Assembly: GCA_947167075.1 (NCBI GenBank)
Contig: CAMVGR010000004.1
Location: 73,597-137,596 of the forward strand
From: an uncultured Bacteroidales bacterium
GTDB taxonomy: Bacteria > Bacteroidota > Bacteroidia > Bacteroidales > P3
Length of the DNA stretch: 64,000 nucleotides
Direction: 5' to 3'
The notes beneath the pieces are model-generated. The model searched no databases. It saw only the letters and a list, made by a program, of their open reading frames with translations, and was not told the DNA's origin. Of this stretch, positions 18,882-28,077 are shown piece after piece. Position numbers and translations under genes: made by a program. How positions within the stretch are numbered: position 1 is the stretch's first letter; each line of letters opens with the position of its first letter.

Positions 18882-20438
18882 ATGAAAAAGTTAGCATTAA
18901 TAACGATAGCAGTGATCTATGGCTTGGGGCAATTGCAGCTACAGGCCCAGACCGACACGACGCACTATGGCGATTCGTGGATATGGGTTGAGCCCTTGGA
19001 CAGCAAAGTGGGGAAGATGGTAACTAAATGCAAAGACTCAACTATCTATGGGCATTGGGACACCGTTACAAATCCGTGGGAGAAATGGATTATCGATTCT
19101 ATTGTCTACTTTAGAAATATCTACAACAATATTTATGGCACACTTTGCAGTCCTAATTATGGATTCCCATATAGTGATACCGTCTCACAGACGATATATG
19201 GCATAGCGATTCCGATGCTGGTGTATGACCTAGACACCGACTGGTATTGGAAATATTGGAAAGAAACACAACATATTGATGAAAAAAATGTATGTGGCCG
19301 TAGAGAGGGCGACAGTGGCATTTGGGCAGGTATAACAAAGCCTGTAAAAACAATCAATGAACGCAACGAAAAAATCTATGTGTTTGAGGAATCGGTACGA
19401 TTGGGACCTAAGATGCTGACCGACGAGATAGATAAACTCATCGGCGGAACGGGTCAACTCCGCCGCACCTGTTTTATGTACGATTACGACACCACAGAGC
19501 CAGAAATGTATCGTCACGACACGGTGGAACTGCTCGAAATGTATTTCGACAAGCCCTACGAATACAAGGCAGGAGACACCATCTACGCATCCTACTTGCA
19601 TAATTACCCTGCAGGATACGATCTTGCAACGAGAATTATTTTCCCCTTTGTTGCAGATCATCCTAAATTAAAGACTAGCAAGTATAAGAATAAAAGACAA
19701 GTAGGGGCGAGTGGGTATGGTGGATTAAATGGTGAAGAGATCGATATAAGTGTTACCGACGATACTCTCTATGGTGGAAACCCAGGAACTACAGAAACAC
19801 CTCAAACTTTCCCCATAATAAAGTTGCGCTGCAGCACGCCGAGGGATTGGAGCATGACGACGGCGGCGGACTCGGCGGTGCTGACATGGCAGCACTTCGA
19901 CGGGGCCGAGGGCTACGAGCTGATGGTGAACAACATCACCCAGTGCGACAGCTCGGTGCTCCTCATCAGCGACCCCGACGCTGTGCAGCACACCCTGCAG
20001 GGGCTGGACAGCAACAGCTACTACCACGTGCGGCTGCGTAAGCTATGCCGCTATGCCACACCCACCTACGACACCATCGTGCCTAGCGACTGGACCGAGG
20101 TGTTCACCATCGGCAATCCCACTCCCCCCTGCGACACCACCGACACCACCATTGTAGACACCACCATCGTGGATACCACCGGCATACACCTAGCCGGCAG
20201 CCTGCGCCTCGAGCTGCAGCCCAACCCCGCCAGCGACATGGTGGAGCTGACGCTGGATGCCCCCGACGGAGGCCGGCTGACGCTGACCGACCTGGCAGGC
20301 CGCGAAGTGCTGCAGATGGCCATCCCCGCCCCGACCACCACCCTGCACCTCGACATCCACGCACTGCCCGCCGGAGCCTACCTGCTGAAGGTATCTACCC
20401 CCACCGGCACCGCCACCCGCAGGCTGCTGGTGCAGTGA
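18882..20438 (+). CDS. T9SS-secreted protein of unknown function (signal peptide, FN3-like module, C-terminal T9SS sorting domain)
   Basis: I take the start at MKKLALITIAVIYGLGQLQLQAQ (ATG 18882) rather than the ORF-track 18771. The C-terminus (LQPNPASDMVELTL...LPAGAYLLKVSTPTGTATRRLLVQ) is a typical Por/T9SS CTD. It contains a short DTTIVDTTIVDTT repeat. Confidence 0.8.
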   Translation: MKKLALITIAVIYGLGQLQLQAQTDTTHYGDSWIWVEPLDSKVGKMVTKCKDSTIYGHWDTVTNPWEKWIIDSIVYFRNIYNNIYGTLCSPNYGFPYSDTVSQTIYGIAIPMLVYDLDTDWYWKYWKETQHIDEKNVCGRREGDSGIWAGITKPVKTINERNEKIYVFEESVRLGPKMLTDEIDKLIGGTGQLRRTCFMYDYDTTEPEMYRHDTVELLEMYFDKPYEYKAGDTIYASYLHNYPAGYDLATRIIFPFVADHPKLKTSKYKNKRQVGASGYGGLNGEEIDISVTDDTLYGGNPGTTETPQTFPIIKLRCSTPRDWSMTTAADSAVLTWQHFDGAEGYELMVNNITQCDSSVLLISDPDAVQHTLQGLDSNSYYHVRLRKLCRYATPTYDTIVPSDWTEVFTIGNPTPPCDTTDTTIVDTTIVDTTGIHLAGSLRLELQPNPASDMVELTLDAPDGGRLTLTDLAGREVLQMAIPAPTTTLHLDIHALPAGAYLLKVSTPTGTATRRLLVQ

Positions 20439-20481
20439 CAAAGGAGAACATACAGTGTGCTTCGCCCTAACCTTTCTTCAT

Positions 20482-20517
20482 AAATCATCCGTCAGTAAGT
20501 ATGCTGGCGGATGATTT
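20482..20517 (+). terminator. Putative hairpin terminator after the T9SS cargo gene
   Basis: AAATCATCCG pairs with CGGATGATTT (10-bp stem, 16-nt loop), followed by a T-rich stretch. Confidence 0.45.
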
Positions 20518-20580
20518 GTTTAGGAGATGTAGTTTTTTGGAAAAAATGACTTTTCTTTTTGCCATGTGCAAAAAAAAACA

Positions 20581-20588
20581 TATCTTTG
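20581..20588 (+). promoter_or_regulatory. -7 promoter box (TATCTTTG) for the S46 peptidase gene
   Basis: Matches TAnnTTTG, 47 nt upstream of the ATG at 20635. Confidence 0.55.
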
Positions 20589-20634
20589 CATTTTCTAAAA
20601 ATAGTGTAATATAAATTTAAAACATAATAAAACA

Positions 20635-22785
20635 ATGAAAATTCGTACATTAGTGATTGCAATGGCCCTTATGGTGTTGGCTCCGAACGTGTCACGCGCC
20701 GACGAGGGTATGTGGCTTCTTTCCTTGATTGGGAAGAACTACGACGACATGAAACGTGCCGGTTTCCAACTGACACCCGAAGACATCTACAGTGTGAACC
20801 AAAGTTGCTTAAAGGATGCTATCGTTGGACTGGGACGAGCCGGTAGCCCCTTCTGGCATTTCTGCACGGGTGAGATTATCTCCAGTCAGGGACTGGTGAG
20901 CACCAACCATCACTGTGGCTATGGCTATCTGCAGAGCCACTCGACAGTGGAACACGACTATCTGCGCGATGGCTTCTGGGCATACACCAAGGAGCAAGAG
21001 TTGGCCAACCCAGGCCTCACAGCGTCTATCTTGGTCCGTATGGAAGATGTGACGGCTCGCGTCACCGAGAACCTCAGCGACGATATGAGCGAGGCCGACC
21101 GTGCCAAGGCTGTGGCCAAAGTGTGTAAGATTATCGAAGAAGAGGCTGTGGAGGGAACACAGTACAATGCCCAAGTAAAACCTATGTTTAACGGCAACCA
21201 GTATTTCCTGTTTGTCCATATTATCTACCGCGATGTCCGACTGGTGGGTGCACCTCCCTCATCGATGGGTAAATTCGGTGGCGATACCGACAACTGGTCG
21301 TGGCCGCGCCACACTTGCGATTTCTCGCTGTTCCGTATCTATACCGCCCCCGACGGAAGTCCTGCCGACTACGATCGCGACAATGTGCCCTTGCAACCCA
21401 AACGCCACCTGAAAGTGAACGCTGGAGAAATCAACGACGGCGACTTCGCAATGGTAATGGGATTCCCTGGCACCACCGACCGTTTCCTCACTAGCTATGG
21501 CCTGGAAGAGACGATGGATATTACCAACAAGTTGGTGTACGAACTCCGCACTGTAAAGATCAACATTCTCCGCGAGGAAATGGCCGCAGACCAGGCTATC
21601 CGTATCAAATATGCCTCCAAGTATGCCTCCTGCTCCAACTACTGGAAATATAGCAATGAGCAAAATAAAGCCTTGCGTACACTGAACACGATGGAACTGA
21701 AACGTCAGGTGGAACAAGACTACAGCCAATGGGCTCGCTATCAGCGTGCGTTCAAATACAACGAAGCACTGGATATGATTCGCAAGGGCTATGCCGACCG
21801 TCGTGATGTGCGCCGGGCTCAGATTTATTTGGGCGAAGGCTTGATCAGTGGTAGCGAGGCTATGCAGACTGCAGCATCGATTGGAACGGCTGTAGAATAC
21901 TATCCTGACAGAGATATTAGTGCTTACGGTGGATATATCAGCAATTTCTACAAAGACTATGACGAAAATGTGGATAAGCGTGTGGCTGCTGCCATGTTTG
22001 CACATGTGTATGCACATATGAGCCCCGAGTATTGCCCTGAATTCTTGGTGAAAGCCAATAAGAAGTACAAAGGCAACTGGACAAAATACGTGGATGCCCT
22101 TTATAAAGGCAGTGTCTTTGCCAATCAGGAGAAGTGGAATAAATTCATGGAGAAGCCCGATATGAAGAAACTGGCCAAGGATCCGCTTGTGGTGCTGGGT
22201 AAAGAGGTGAACGCTCTGTCGATGCAGTTGAGCAGCCAGGTGCCTACTGAAAGCAAAGAGAACCTGCAGAGAGGCATCCGCAACTTCACAGACGGTATCT
22301 TGCAGATCAATCAAGGCAAACGCCTAATGGCTCCGGATGCCAACTCGACTATTCGTCTCACCTATGGCAATGTGATGAGCTATGATCCTCAGGATGGTGT
22401 CAGCTATCACTACTACACCACCATGGATGGTGTCATCAAGAAAGAAGACCCAGACAATGCCGAATTCAATGTGCCCGAACGTCTGAAGAAACTATATAAA
22501 GAGAAGCAGTTCGGTAACTATACCAACCGGAAGGGAGAAATGCCTGTATGCTTCATTACCAATAACGACATCACTGGTGGTAACAGTGGCTCGCCGGTGA
22601 TTAATGCAAAGGGTGTGCTTATCGGACTTGCATTCGATGGCAATAGTGAGGCCATGAGTGGCGATATCGACTTCGAAGAGAACCTACAGCGTTGCATCTG
22701 CTTAGACAGCCGATATATGCTTTGGGTTATTGATGTGTATGCCGAAGCCAAGAACCTCATCGCCGAAATGGATATTGTCCGTTAA
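20635..22785 (+). CDS. S46-family dipeptidyl-peptidase, DPP7-type
   Basis: Signal peptide followed by the ADEGMWL hallmark, and catalytic GGNSGSPV. The residue 18 positions after the catalytic Ser is Gly (..AFDGN..). From memory, P. gingivalis DPP7 has Gly there and DPP11 has Arg. Confidence 0.88.
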   Translation: MKIRTLVIAMALMVLAPNVSRADEGMWLLSLIGKNYDDMKRAGFQLTPEDIYSVNQSCLKDAIVGLGRAGSPFWHFCTGEIISSQGLVSTNHHCGYGYLQSHSTVEHDYLRDGFWAYTKEQELANPGLTASILVRMEDVTARVTENLSDDMSEADRAKAVAKVCKIIEEEAVEGTQYNAQVKPMFNGNQYFLFVHIIYRDVRLVGAPPSSMGKFGGDTDNWSWPRHTCDFSLFRIYTAPDGSPADYDRDNVPLQPKRHLKVNAGEINDGDFAMVMGFPGTTDRFLTSYGLEETMDITNKLVYELRTVKINILREEMAADQAIRIKYASKYASCSNYWKYSNEQNKALRTLNTMELKRQVEQDYSQWARYQRAFKYNEALDMIRKGYADRRDVRRAQIYLGEGLISGSEAMQTAASIGTAVEYYPDRDISAYGGYISNFYKDYDENVDKRVAAAMFAHVYAHMSPEYCPEFLVKANKKYKGNWTKYVDALYKGSVFANQEKWNKFMEKPDMKKLAKDPLVVLGKEVNALSMQLSSQVPTESKENLQRGIRNFTDGILQINQGKRLMAPDANSTIRLTYGNVMSYDPQDGVSYHYYTTMDGVIKKEDPDNAEFNVPERLKKLYKEKQFGNYTNRKGEMPVCFITNNDITGGNSGSPVINAKGVLIGLAFDGNSEAMSGDIDFEENLQRCICLDSRYMLWVIDVYAEAKNLIAEMDIVR

Positions 22786-22793
22786 AGAATAGA

Positions 22794-25067
22794 ATGAAAC
22801 AAATTCAGCGACAGCAACTGCAGCAGAAGCTATCGCCTCAGCAAATACAGCTGATGCGATTGCTGCAGTTGCCTGTCACTGAGCTGGAAAAAGCTATCAA
22901 GGAGGAGATTGAAAAGAATCCCCTCCTTGATGCTGAAATCCAGGAGGAAAAACTGCTCCCACAAGAGAGTGGCAATCAGCAAGAGTGGGATGCTGATGAG
23001 GATGACGAGATGGGGTACGACTACAGGGAACACCTAGAAAGAGACCCCAATTATGTCAATCGTGAATATATTGTTAGTGATAGTACATCAGCAACAGAGA
23101 GGCTATTTCAGCAGTTGCACTTAAGGCAACTGTCAGAAAGACAACAACTAATCGCTACAGAAATAATAGGGACACTGGATGACTCGGGCTATTTGAGTCG
23201 AGACTTGACACTAATAGCCAACGACCTTGCATTCCGTCAAGGAATAGAGGCTACGGTGGAAGAGGTGGAAGAGGTGCTACATATAGTGCAGACGTTTGAC
23301 CCTCCGGGAGTGGGTGCCCGTAATTTGCGTGAATGCTTGCTATTGCAGTTGCAGCGGATGGATGAAAAGGAATATCCTTCGTTGGAGGTGGCGAGGAGAA
23401 TCATTAGAGATCATTTCAATGATTTTGCAGAACATCGCTATACACAGATATGCGATGCGATGCAGATAGATGAATCAACCTTAAAAGCAGCCACTCTTCT
23501 TATACGCCGCCTCAACCCTAAGCCTGCTGGCTCTACCGATGATGATAGTGAAACTGCAACAACTATAATCCCCGATATAATTCTCTCTCAGAATGAAGGT
23601 CAGTTGCAGTTCTATCTCAACGACCCCCACCTGCCACAACTAACTCTGAATGAATTCTACGTCAATATGCTGCATGAGCTGGAAAGTGCCAGGGGAGATA
23701 AAGAAGCAATCCGCTTTCTGCGTAATAATCAAAGCAATGCCCAGCAGTTTATCGATCTGCTACAACAAAGACATGACACCATCGTCCGTGTTATGCGATA
23801 TATTGTCAAACACCAGCGACAATACCTGCTGACAGGCAATCCCAACCTACTAAAACCTATGCGCCAGCGAGAAGTGGCAGAAGCAACGAACCTTGATATT
23901 AGCACTGTCTCGCGAATGGCAAACAGCAAATATATCCAGACAGACTTTGGAACTATACCTCTGAAGAATTGTTTTGCCAAAGGCATGGCAACCGATGAGG
24001 GTACAGAAATGTCGGTTGAAACAATAAAGCAACACATTTCAAATATTATCGAGACTGAAAACAAACAGGCTCCGCTTTCCGATGATGCACTTACAAAGCT
24101 GCTGAATAATCAGGGTATCCCTGTGGCACGTCGCACGGTGGCTAAATACCGAGAAATGCTGGGTATTCCTATCGCTAGACTAAGAAGGATCCTCTGTCTT
24201 ATACTTGTCCTTTCGCTTGGGACTCATCTTATGGCACAGCAATCGTACTATGATTCCATCATATCCGTTCGACTGGAGAAAGCAGACCGTGAGATGAAAA
24301 TGCAGAAGAAAAAGACCCCAGCAAGACAGGAAGCATTGCCACTGCGTTCGCCTACAGGATTGGATAATCAGAAGGAGCAAATACAGGTAAACAAAAAGAA
24401 TGTTGCTGCTATGCAGCATATTGTACCGCTTTGGTATGATGCTTTCCCTAGTCATCGTGTCAATCCTGGTGGTAAAACTGACTTGGGCCAAATGCCGGAT
24501 GAGATCAATATCCTGCTAATCCGAGACAGCGCGGATTTCTGTTTCCCTGTCGGCGGAATAAAAAGCAGTCCGTATGGATGGAGATGGCAACGTGGACATC
24601 ACGGGGTAGATATTTCGCTACGTTCCGGCGACCCTGTCCATGCTGCATTTGGTGGCACAGTGCGAGTAGCATCTCGTATGGGAGGGTATGGCAACTGTGT
24701 TGTTGTTCGCCATCCCAATGGGTTGGAGACTTTGTACGGCCACTTGTCAAAGATTAATGTGACTACAGGCCAAGATGTCTCGGCAGGAGAAGTGATAGGA
24801 TTGGGCGGTTCGACTGGTAATAGCACTGGCCCACACCTGCATTTCGAATGTAGATTTCTTTACCAGACATTTGACCCAGAATGGATTCTCGACTTTTCTA
24901 CAAGAAGTCTTCGCACTCGCAGGTTGCATTTAGACAAGAGCTATTTTGGGATACGTAAGCCGGAAAAAGGCGAACGAGTGGATTATAGAGCAGATAAAAG
25001 CATCATACATGAGAGCAAAAAGAGACCTAAAAACCAACTCCCTACAATAAATATACAAGACTTTTAA
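22794..25067 (+). CDS. rpoN: RNA polymerase sigma-54 (RpoN) reading in frame, without a stop, into a signal-peptide/TM segment and an M23 (LytM-type) metallopeptidase
   Basis: Residues 1 to about 465 are RpoN: the Gln-rich N-terminus (LSPQQIQLMRLLQLP) and the RpoN box (ARRTVAKYREMLGIPIARLRR). The frame continues directly into ILCLILVLSLGTHLMAQQ and then M23 motifs (HHGVDI...GSTGNSTGPHLHFE). An in-frame ATG at 24156 (MLGIPIARLRRILCLILVLSLG...) could start a separate 303-aa peptidase precursor (24156..25067). Confidence 0.75.
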   Translation: MKQIQRQQLQQKLSPQQIQLMRLLQLPVTELEKAIKEEIEKNPLLDAEIQEEKLLPQESGNQQEWDADEDDEMGYDYREHLERDPNYVNREYIVSDSTSATERLFQQLHLRQLSERQQLIATEIIGTLDDSGYLSRDLTLIANDLAFRQGIEATVEEVEEVLHIVQTFDPPGVGARNLRECLLLQLQRMDEKEYPSLEVARRIIRDHFNDFAEHRYTQICDAMQIDESTLKAATLLIRRLNPKPAGSTDDDSETATTIIPDIILSQNEGQLQFYLNDPHLPQLTLNEFYVNMLHELESARGDKEAIRFLRNNQSNAQQFIDLLQQRHDTIVRVMRYIVKHQRQYLLTGNPNLLKPMRQREVAEATNLDISTVSRMANSKYIQTDFGTIPLKNCFAKGMATDEGTEMSVETIKQHISNIIETENKQAPLSDDALTKLLNNQGIPVARRTVAKYREMLGIPIARLRRILCLILVLSLGTHLMAQQSYYDSIISVRLEKADREMKMQKKKTPARQEALPLRSPTGLDNQKEQIQVNKKNVAAMQHIVPLWYDAFPSHRVNPGGKTDLGQMPDEINILLIRDSADFCFPVGGIKSSPYGWRWQRGHHGVDISLRSGDPVHAAFGGTVRVASRMGGYGNCVVVRHPNGLETLYGHLSKINVTTGQDVSAGEVIGLGGSTGNSTGPHLHFECRFLYQTFDPEWILDFSTRSLRTRRLHLDKSYFGIRKPEKGERVDYRADKSIIHESKKRPKNQLPTINIQDF

Positions 25068-25070
25068 TAT

Positions 25071-25562
25071 ATGAAGAAGACCAACCTCTCTGAATACGAT
25101 TCTACGCAGATACCTAATGGAAGCCCATGGACGATCGCTGTGGTGGCGGCTGAATGGAATCCAGAAGTGACAGATGCTATGCTACAGGGTGCTATTGATA
25201 CCCTTCTGGAACATGGTTTGAAGAAAGAGAACCTTATTGTCCACCGTGTTCCCGGTACGTATGAATTGTCTTATGCAGCAAGTATGCTTGCTGGAAATAA
25301 GCGTATCGATGCAGTCATTTGCATCGGCTGTGTGATACAGGGGGAAACACGTCATTTCGAATTTATCTGCCAAGCGGTGTCCCAAGGTCTTACCAATGTA
25401 TCGCTCGCCACCCATAAGCCGATTATCTTCAGTGTCCTTACCACCAATACCATGGAGCAAGCCATGGAGCGTGCTGGTGGAAGGCATGGCAACAAAGGGG
25501 TAGAAGGAGCTGTGACTGCTTTGAAAATGCTGCAATTCACTGAAAAAGCAAAACAGGTGTGA
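25071..25562 (+). CDS. ribH: 6,7-dimethyl-8-ribityllumazine synthase
   Basis: 163 aa with typical RibH length and motifs (VPGTYELS, GCVIQGETRHFEFI). Confidence 0.9.
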   Translation: MKKTNLSEYDSTQIPNGSPWTIAVVAAEWNPEVTDAMLQGAIDTLLEHGLKKENLIVHRVPGTYELSYAASMLAGNKRIDAVICIGCVIQGETRHFEFICQAVSQGLTNVSLATHKPIIFSVLTTNTMEQAMERAGGRHGNKGVEGAVTALKMLQFTEKAKQV

Positions 25563-26497
25563 AAGTAGTTTTTTTTGGTACCCCCGATTTCGCGGTTGAG
25601 AGTTTGGATGCAATCAACCGTAGTTCACACCAAGTTGTGGCTGTGGTTACGGTCTCCGACAAACCGGCAGGACGTGGACAAAAGATGATTTCAAGTGCGG
25701 TCAAGGAGTATGCTATGGCTCATCAACTCCCACTAATGCAGCCTGAAAAGCTTCGCGACCCCATGTTTCTAGGTGCATTGGAGGCACTCCGGGCCGACTG
25801 CTTCGTGGTGGTGGCATTCCGAATGCTGCCGGAAGTGGTGTGGAATCTCCCCCCGAAAGGAACATTCAACCTGCATGCGTCACTTCTGCCACGCTATCGA
25901 GGTGCTGCTCCTATCAATTGGGCAATCATCAATGGCGAATCGGAGACAGGTGTCACTACATTTATGCTGAATCATAAGATCGATGAAGGTCAGGTATTGA
26001 TGCAGGAGCGAACCCCAATAGCAGCCGACGAGACGGCTGGAAGTCTGCACGACCGTCTCTCCATGATGGGTCGCGAACTTGTAGTACGCACTCTGGATGG
26101 TTTGCAGGACGGTACACTTGTTCCATACCCACAGGTGGGCGACAGTTGCGCCGCTCCAAAGATATTCAAGGACGACACCAAGATACCCTTCGGTCGACTT
26201 TCTGCCAAGGAGGTAGAACGCATGGTGCGGGGACTATCTCCGTATCCCGCAGCCACCATGTCTTTGGTAAATCCACAAGGCACGGAGGTGCCATTCAAAG
26301 TGTTCAAGTGCATGGCTACAGAGGAGAAGTGTACAGGTGATGAAACATTGAAAACCGATGGAAAAAGATGGTTAAAAATCGCAGCAAACGACTGTTTTAT
26401 CGAGGTTTTAGAGCTCCAAATGGCTGGAAAAAAGAAAAATAATATCGAAGATTTTCTTCGAGGAAATTCTTTAAGTGGTTGGAAATTAATGATATAG
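25559..26497 (+). CDS. fmt: Methionyl-tRNA formyltransferase
   Basis: GTG start overlapping the ribH stop (GTGTGA). Motifs VVFFGTPDFAV, NLHASLLPRYRGAAPI. Confidence 0.9.
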   Translation: MKVVFFGTPDFAVESLDAINRSSHQVVAVVTVSDKPAGRGQKMISSAVKEYAMAHQLPLMQPEKLRDPMFLGALEALRADCFVVVAFRMLPEVVWNLPPKGTFNLHASLLPRYRGAAPINWAIINGESETGVTTFMLNHKIDEGQVLMQERTPIAADETAGSLHDRLSMMGRELVVRTLDGLQDGTLVPYPQVGDSCAAPKIFKDDTKIPFGRLSAKEVERMVRGLSPYPAATMSLVNPQGTEVPFKVFKCMATEEKCTGDETLKTDGKRWLKIAANDCFIEVLELQMAGKKKNNIEDFLRGNSLSGWKLMI

Positions 26498-26563
26498 AGG
26501 AGCTGCAAGGAAAAAAATGAAAAAAAATGAAAAAAAATTTGGTGAAAATCAAAAAAAAAGTAT

Positions 26564-26571
26564 TACATTTG
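26564..26571 (+). promoter_or_regulatory. -7 promoter box (TACATTTG) for the HU gene, preceded by phased A-tracts
   Basis: Matches TAnnTTTG, 48 nt upstream of the ATG at 26619. A-runs begin at about 26511, 26520, 26530, 26545 and 26551. Confidence 0.55.
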
Positions 26572-26618
26572 CAGCGTAAAATTAAATAGTTAATTTTTAA
26601 CCCCTTAAATATAACCCA

Positions 26619-26903
26619 ATGAACAAAACAGAACTTGTTAATGCGATTGCCGCTAAAACCGGCATGACCAAGGTTGCTGCTAAAAATGCAGCTAATGCTT
26701 TCATGGCTACCGTCCAGGAGCAATTGAACAAAGGTGAGAGAGTTGCTCTCGTAGGCTTTGGCACTTTCAACGTCGTAGAGCGTAAAGCCCGCACCGCAAA
26801 GAACCCGATGACTGGCAAGCCCATCAAGGTCCCCGCCAAGAAGGTCGCGAAGTTCAAACCCGGTTCTACCCTGATTGCTCAAAAGAAGACCAGAAAGAAA
26901 TAA
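26619..26903 (+). CDS. hup: HU-family DNA-binding protein
   Basis: 94 aa; MNKTELVNAIA...GFGTF...RTAKNPMTGKPIKVPAKK is a typical HU/IHF fold signature. Confidence 0.92.
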   Translation: MNKTELVNAIAAKTGMTKVAAKNAANAFMATVQEQLNKGERVALVGFGTFNVVERKARTAKNPMTGKPIKVPAKKVAKFKPGSTLIAQKKTRKK

Positions 26904-26931
26904 GGTAGCCAATTTCATTTCAAACCAAAAA

Positions 26932-26959
26932 GGGCAATCCGCAAACGGATTGCCTTTTG
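26932..26959 (+). terminator. Rho-independent terminator after hup
   Basis: GGGCAATCCG-CAAA-CGGATTGCC hairpin followed by TTTTG. Confidence 0.75.
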
Positions 26960-27043
26960 TATTATTTGCAAAGCATGATATCGATCGGCTACGCTATAAT
27001 TTGAAAAAACAGTACGTATATCTGACAATCCATTTTTTTTGTG

Positions 27044-27051
27044 TATTTTTG
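27044..27051 (+). promoter_or_regulatory. -7 promoter box (TATTTTTG) for gpsA
   Basis: Matches TAnnTTTG, 61 nt upstream of the ATG at 27112. Confidence 0.5.
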
Positions 27052-27111
27052 CAATTTGAAAGGTACAATGTCGGATATTGACGACAGATTGAAAAAGAAA
27101 GAGAATCAGCG

Positions 27112-28077
27112 ATGATTGGAATGATTGGAAGCGGGAGCTGGGCGACTGCTGCGGTGAAAATACTTCTCGAGAAACCCTCTCAGAAAGTTGTGTGGTGGGT
27201 GCATAGCGATGCTGTGTGTCGTGGGTTGAGCCGTAGCGGACGCAATCCCAATCATCTTAGTGCCATGCGGCTGGATAAAGCCCGAATCCAGCCCACCACC
27301 CTCTTGACCGACGTGCTACAGTCCTGTTCCATGGTGGTGCTGGCAGTGCCGAGTGCCTATCTAGTGGCTACGATGGAGGGTGCTCCTTCCGAGATGTGGA
27401 AGGGGAAGAAGGTGGTGTCGTTGGTGAAAGGATATGTCCCAGAGACCAACTGTGGCGTTTCGGACTATCTGAATGGCTATAAAGGCATTCCATACGAAGA
27501 TATCTGCGTGGTGAGTGGTCCTAGCCATGCCGAGGAGGTGGCTGCCAATCTTACCACCTTCCTCAATGTGGCCTCGCATAGCAAGCCGTTGTCGTGCGAG
27601 GTGGCAGACTTGTTCAGATGCCAATATATCCATCCCATTGTGGTGGAGGATGTGCATGCTCTGGAGTTGTGTGGCATGTCGAAGAATGTGTATGCTGTGG
27701 GAGCTGGAATGGCATCTGCCCTAGGCAATGGCGACAATCTGATAGCCGTGCTTGCCTCCGCTGCCGCTCGCGAGATGTACAGCCTGATAGGGCATAGCGA
27801 AATCGGATTCCACCTGCTTGGCGATCTGATGGTTACCTGCTTCTCCCGCCACAGTCGCAACCGTGCACTCGGCGAAGCCATCGTCGCCGGACAGAGTTGC
27901 CAGGAATACTTCCGACGTACCGGCATGGTGGCCGAGGGCTACTATTCGTCGCTAGTCATGCACAATATGAAGAAATGTGCACCCACCCCCATCGCCGACC
28001 ATATCTACCGTGTACTATACGAGAACGCCGACCCGGAAGCGGTAATGAAAGAACTAATAGACAATCTTTTCCAATGA
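27112..28077 (+). CDS. gpsA: NAD(P)H-dependent glycerol-3-phosphate dehydrogenase
   Basis: N-terminal Rossmann motif (IGMIGSGSWATA), SGPSHAEEV and NVYAVGAGM motifs. 321 aa. Confidence 0.85.
   Translation: MIGMIGSGSWATAAVKILLEKPSQKVVWWVHSDAVCRGLSRSGRNPNHLSAMRLDKARIQPTTLLTDVLQSCSMVVLAVPSAYLVATMEGAPSEMWKGKKVVSLVKGYVPETNCGVSDYLNGYKGIPYEDICVVSGPSHAEEVAANLTTFLNVASHSKPLSCEVADLFRCQYIHPIVVEDVHALELCGMSKNVYAVGAGMASALGNGDNLIAVLASAAAREMYSLIGHSEIGFHLLGDLMVTCFSRHSRNRALGEAIVAGQSCQEYFRRTGMVAEGYYSSLVMHNMKKCAPTPIADHIYRVLYENADPEAVMKELIDNLFQ

Noticed and set aside
19136-19152. A sigma-54-like TGGCAC...TTGCA sequence (TGGCACACTTTGCAG)
   Set aside because: The spacing between the GG and GC elements is 2 nt shorter than the -24/-12 consensus, and the site lies inside a coding region.
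21259-22314. A 351-codon minus-strand ORF inside the S46 peptidase gene; similar antisense or overlapping ORFs at 45302..46234, 44065..44676, 43050..43613, 38915..39829, 34904..35626, 28347..28994, 16706..17236, 17315..17809, 13952..14674, 5669..6214 and 2994..3647
   Set aside because: Each one overlaps a plus- or minus-strand gene with clear family motifs. None has a promoter box or recognisable motifs. I treat them as shadow ORFs.
26397-26918. A 173-codon minus-strand ORF spanning the fmt 3' end, the intergenic A-tract region and the HU gene
   Set aside because: It is antisense to HU, whose identity is unambiguous, and it crosses a promoter region. Its composition is low-complexity (Phe/Leu/Lys-rich).
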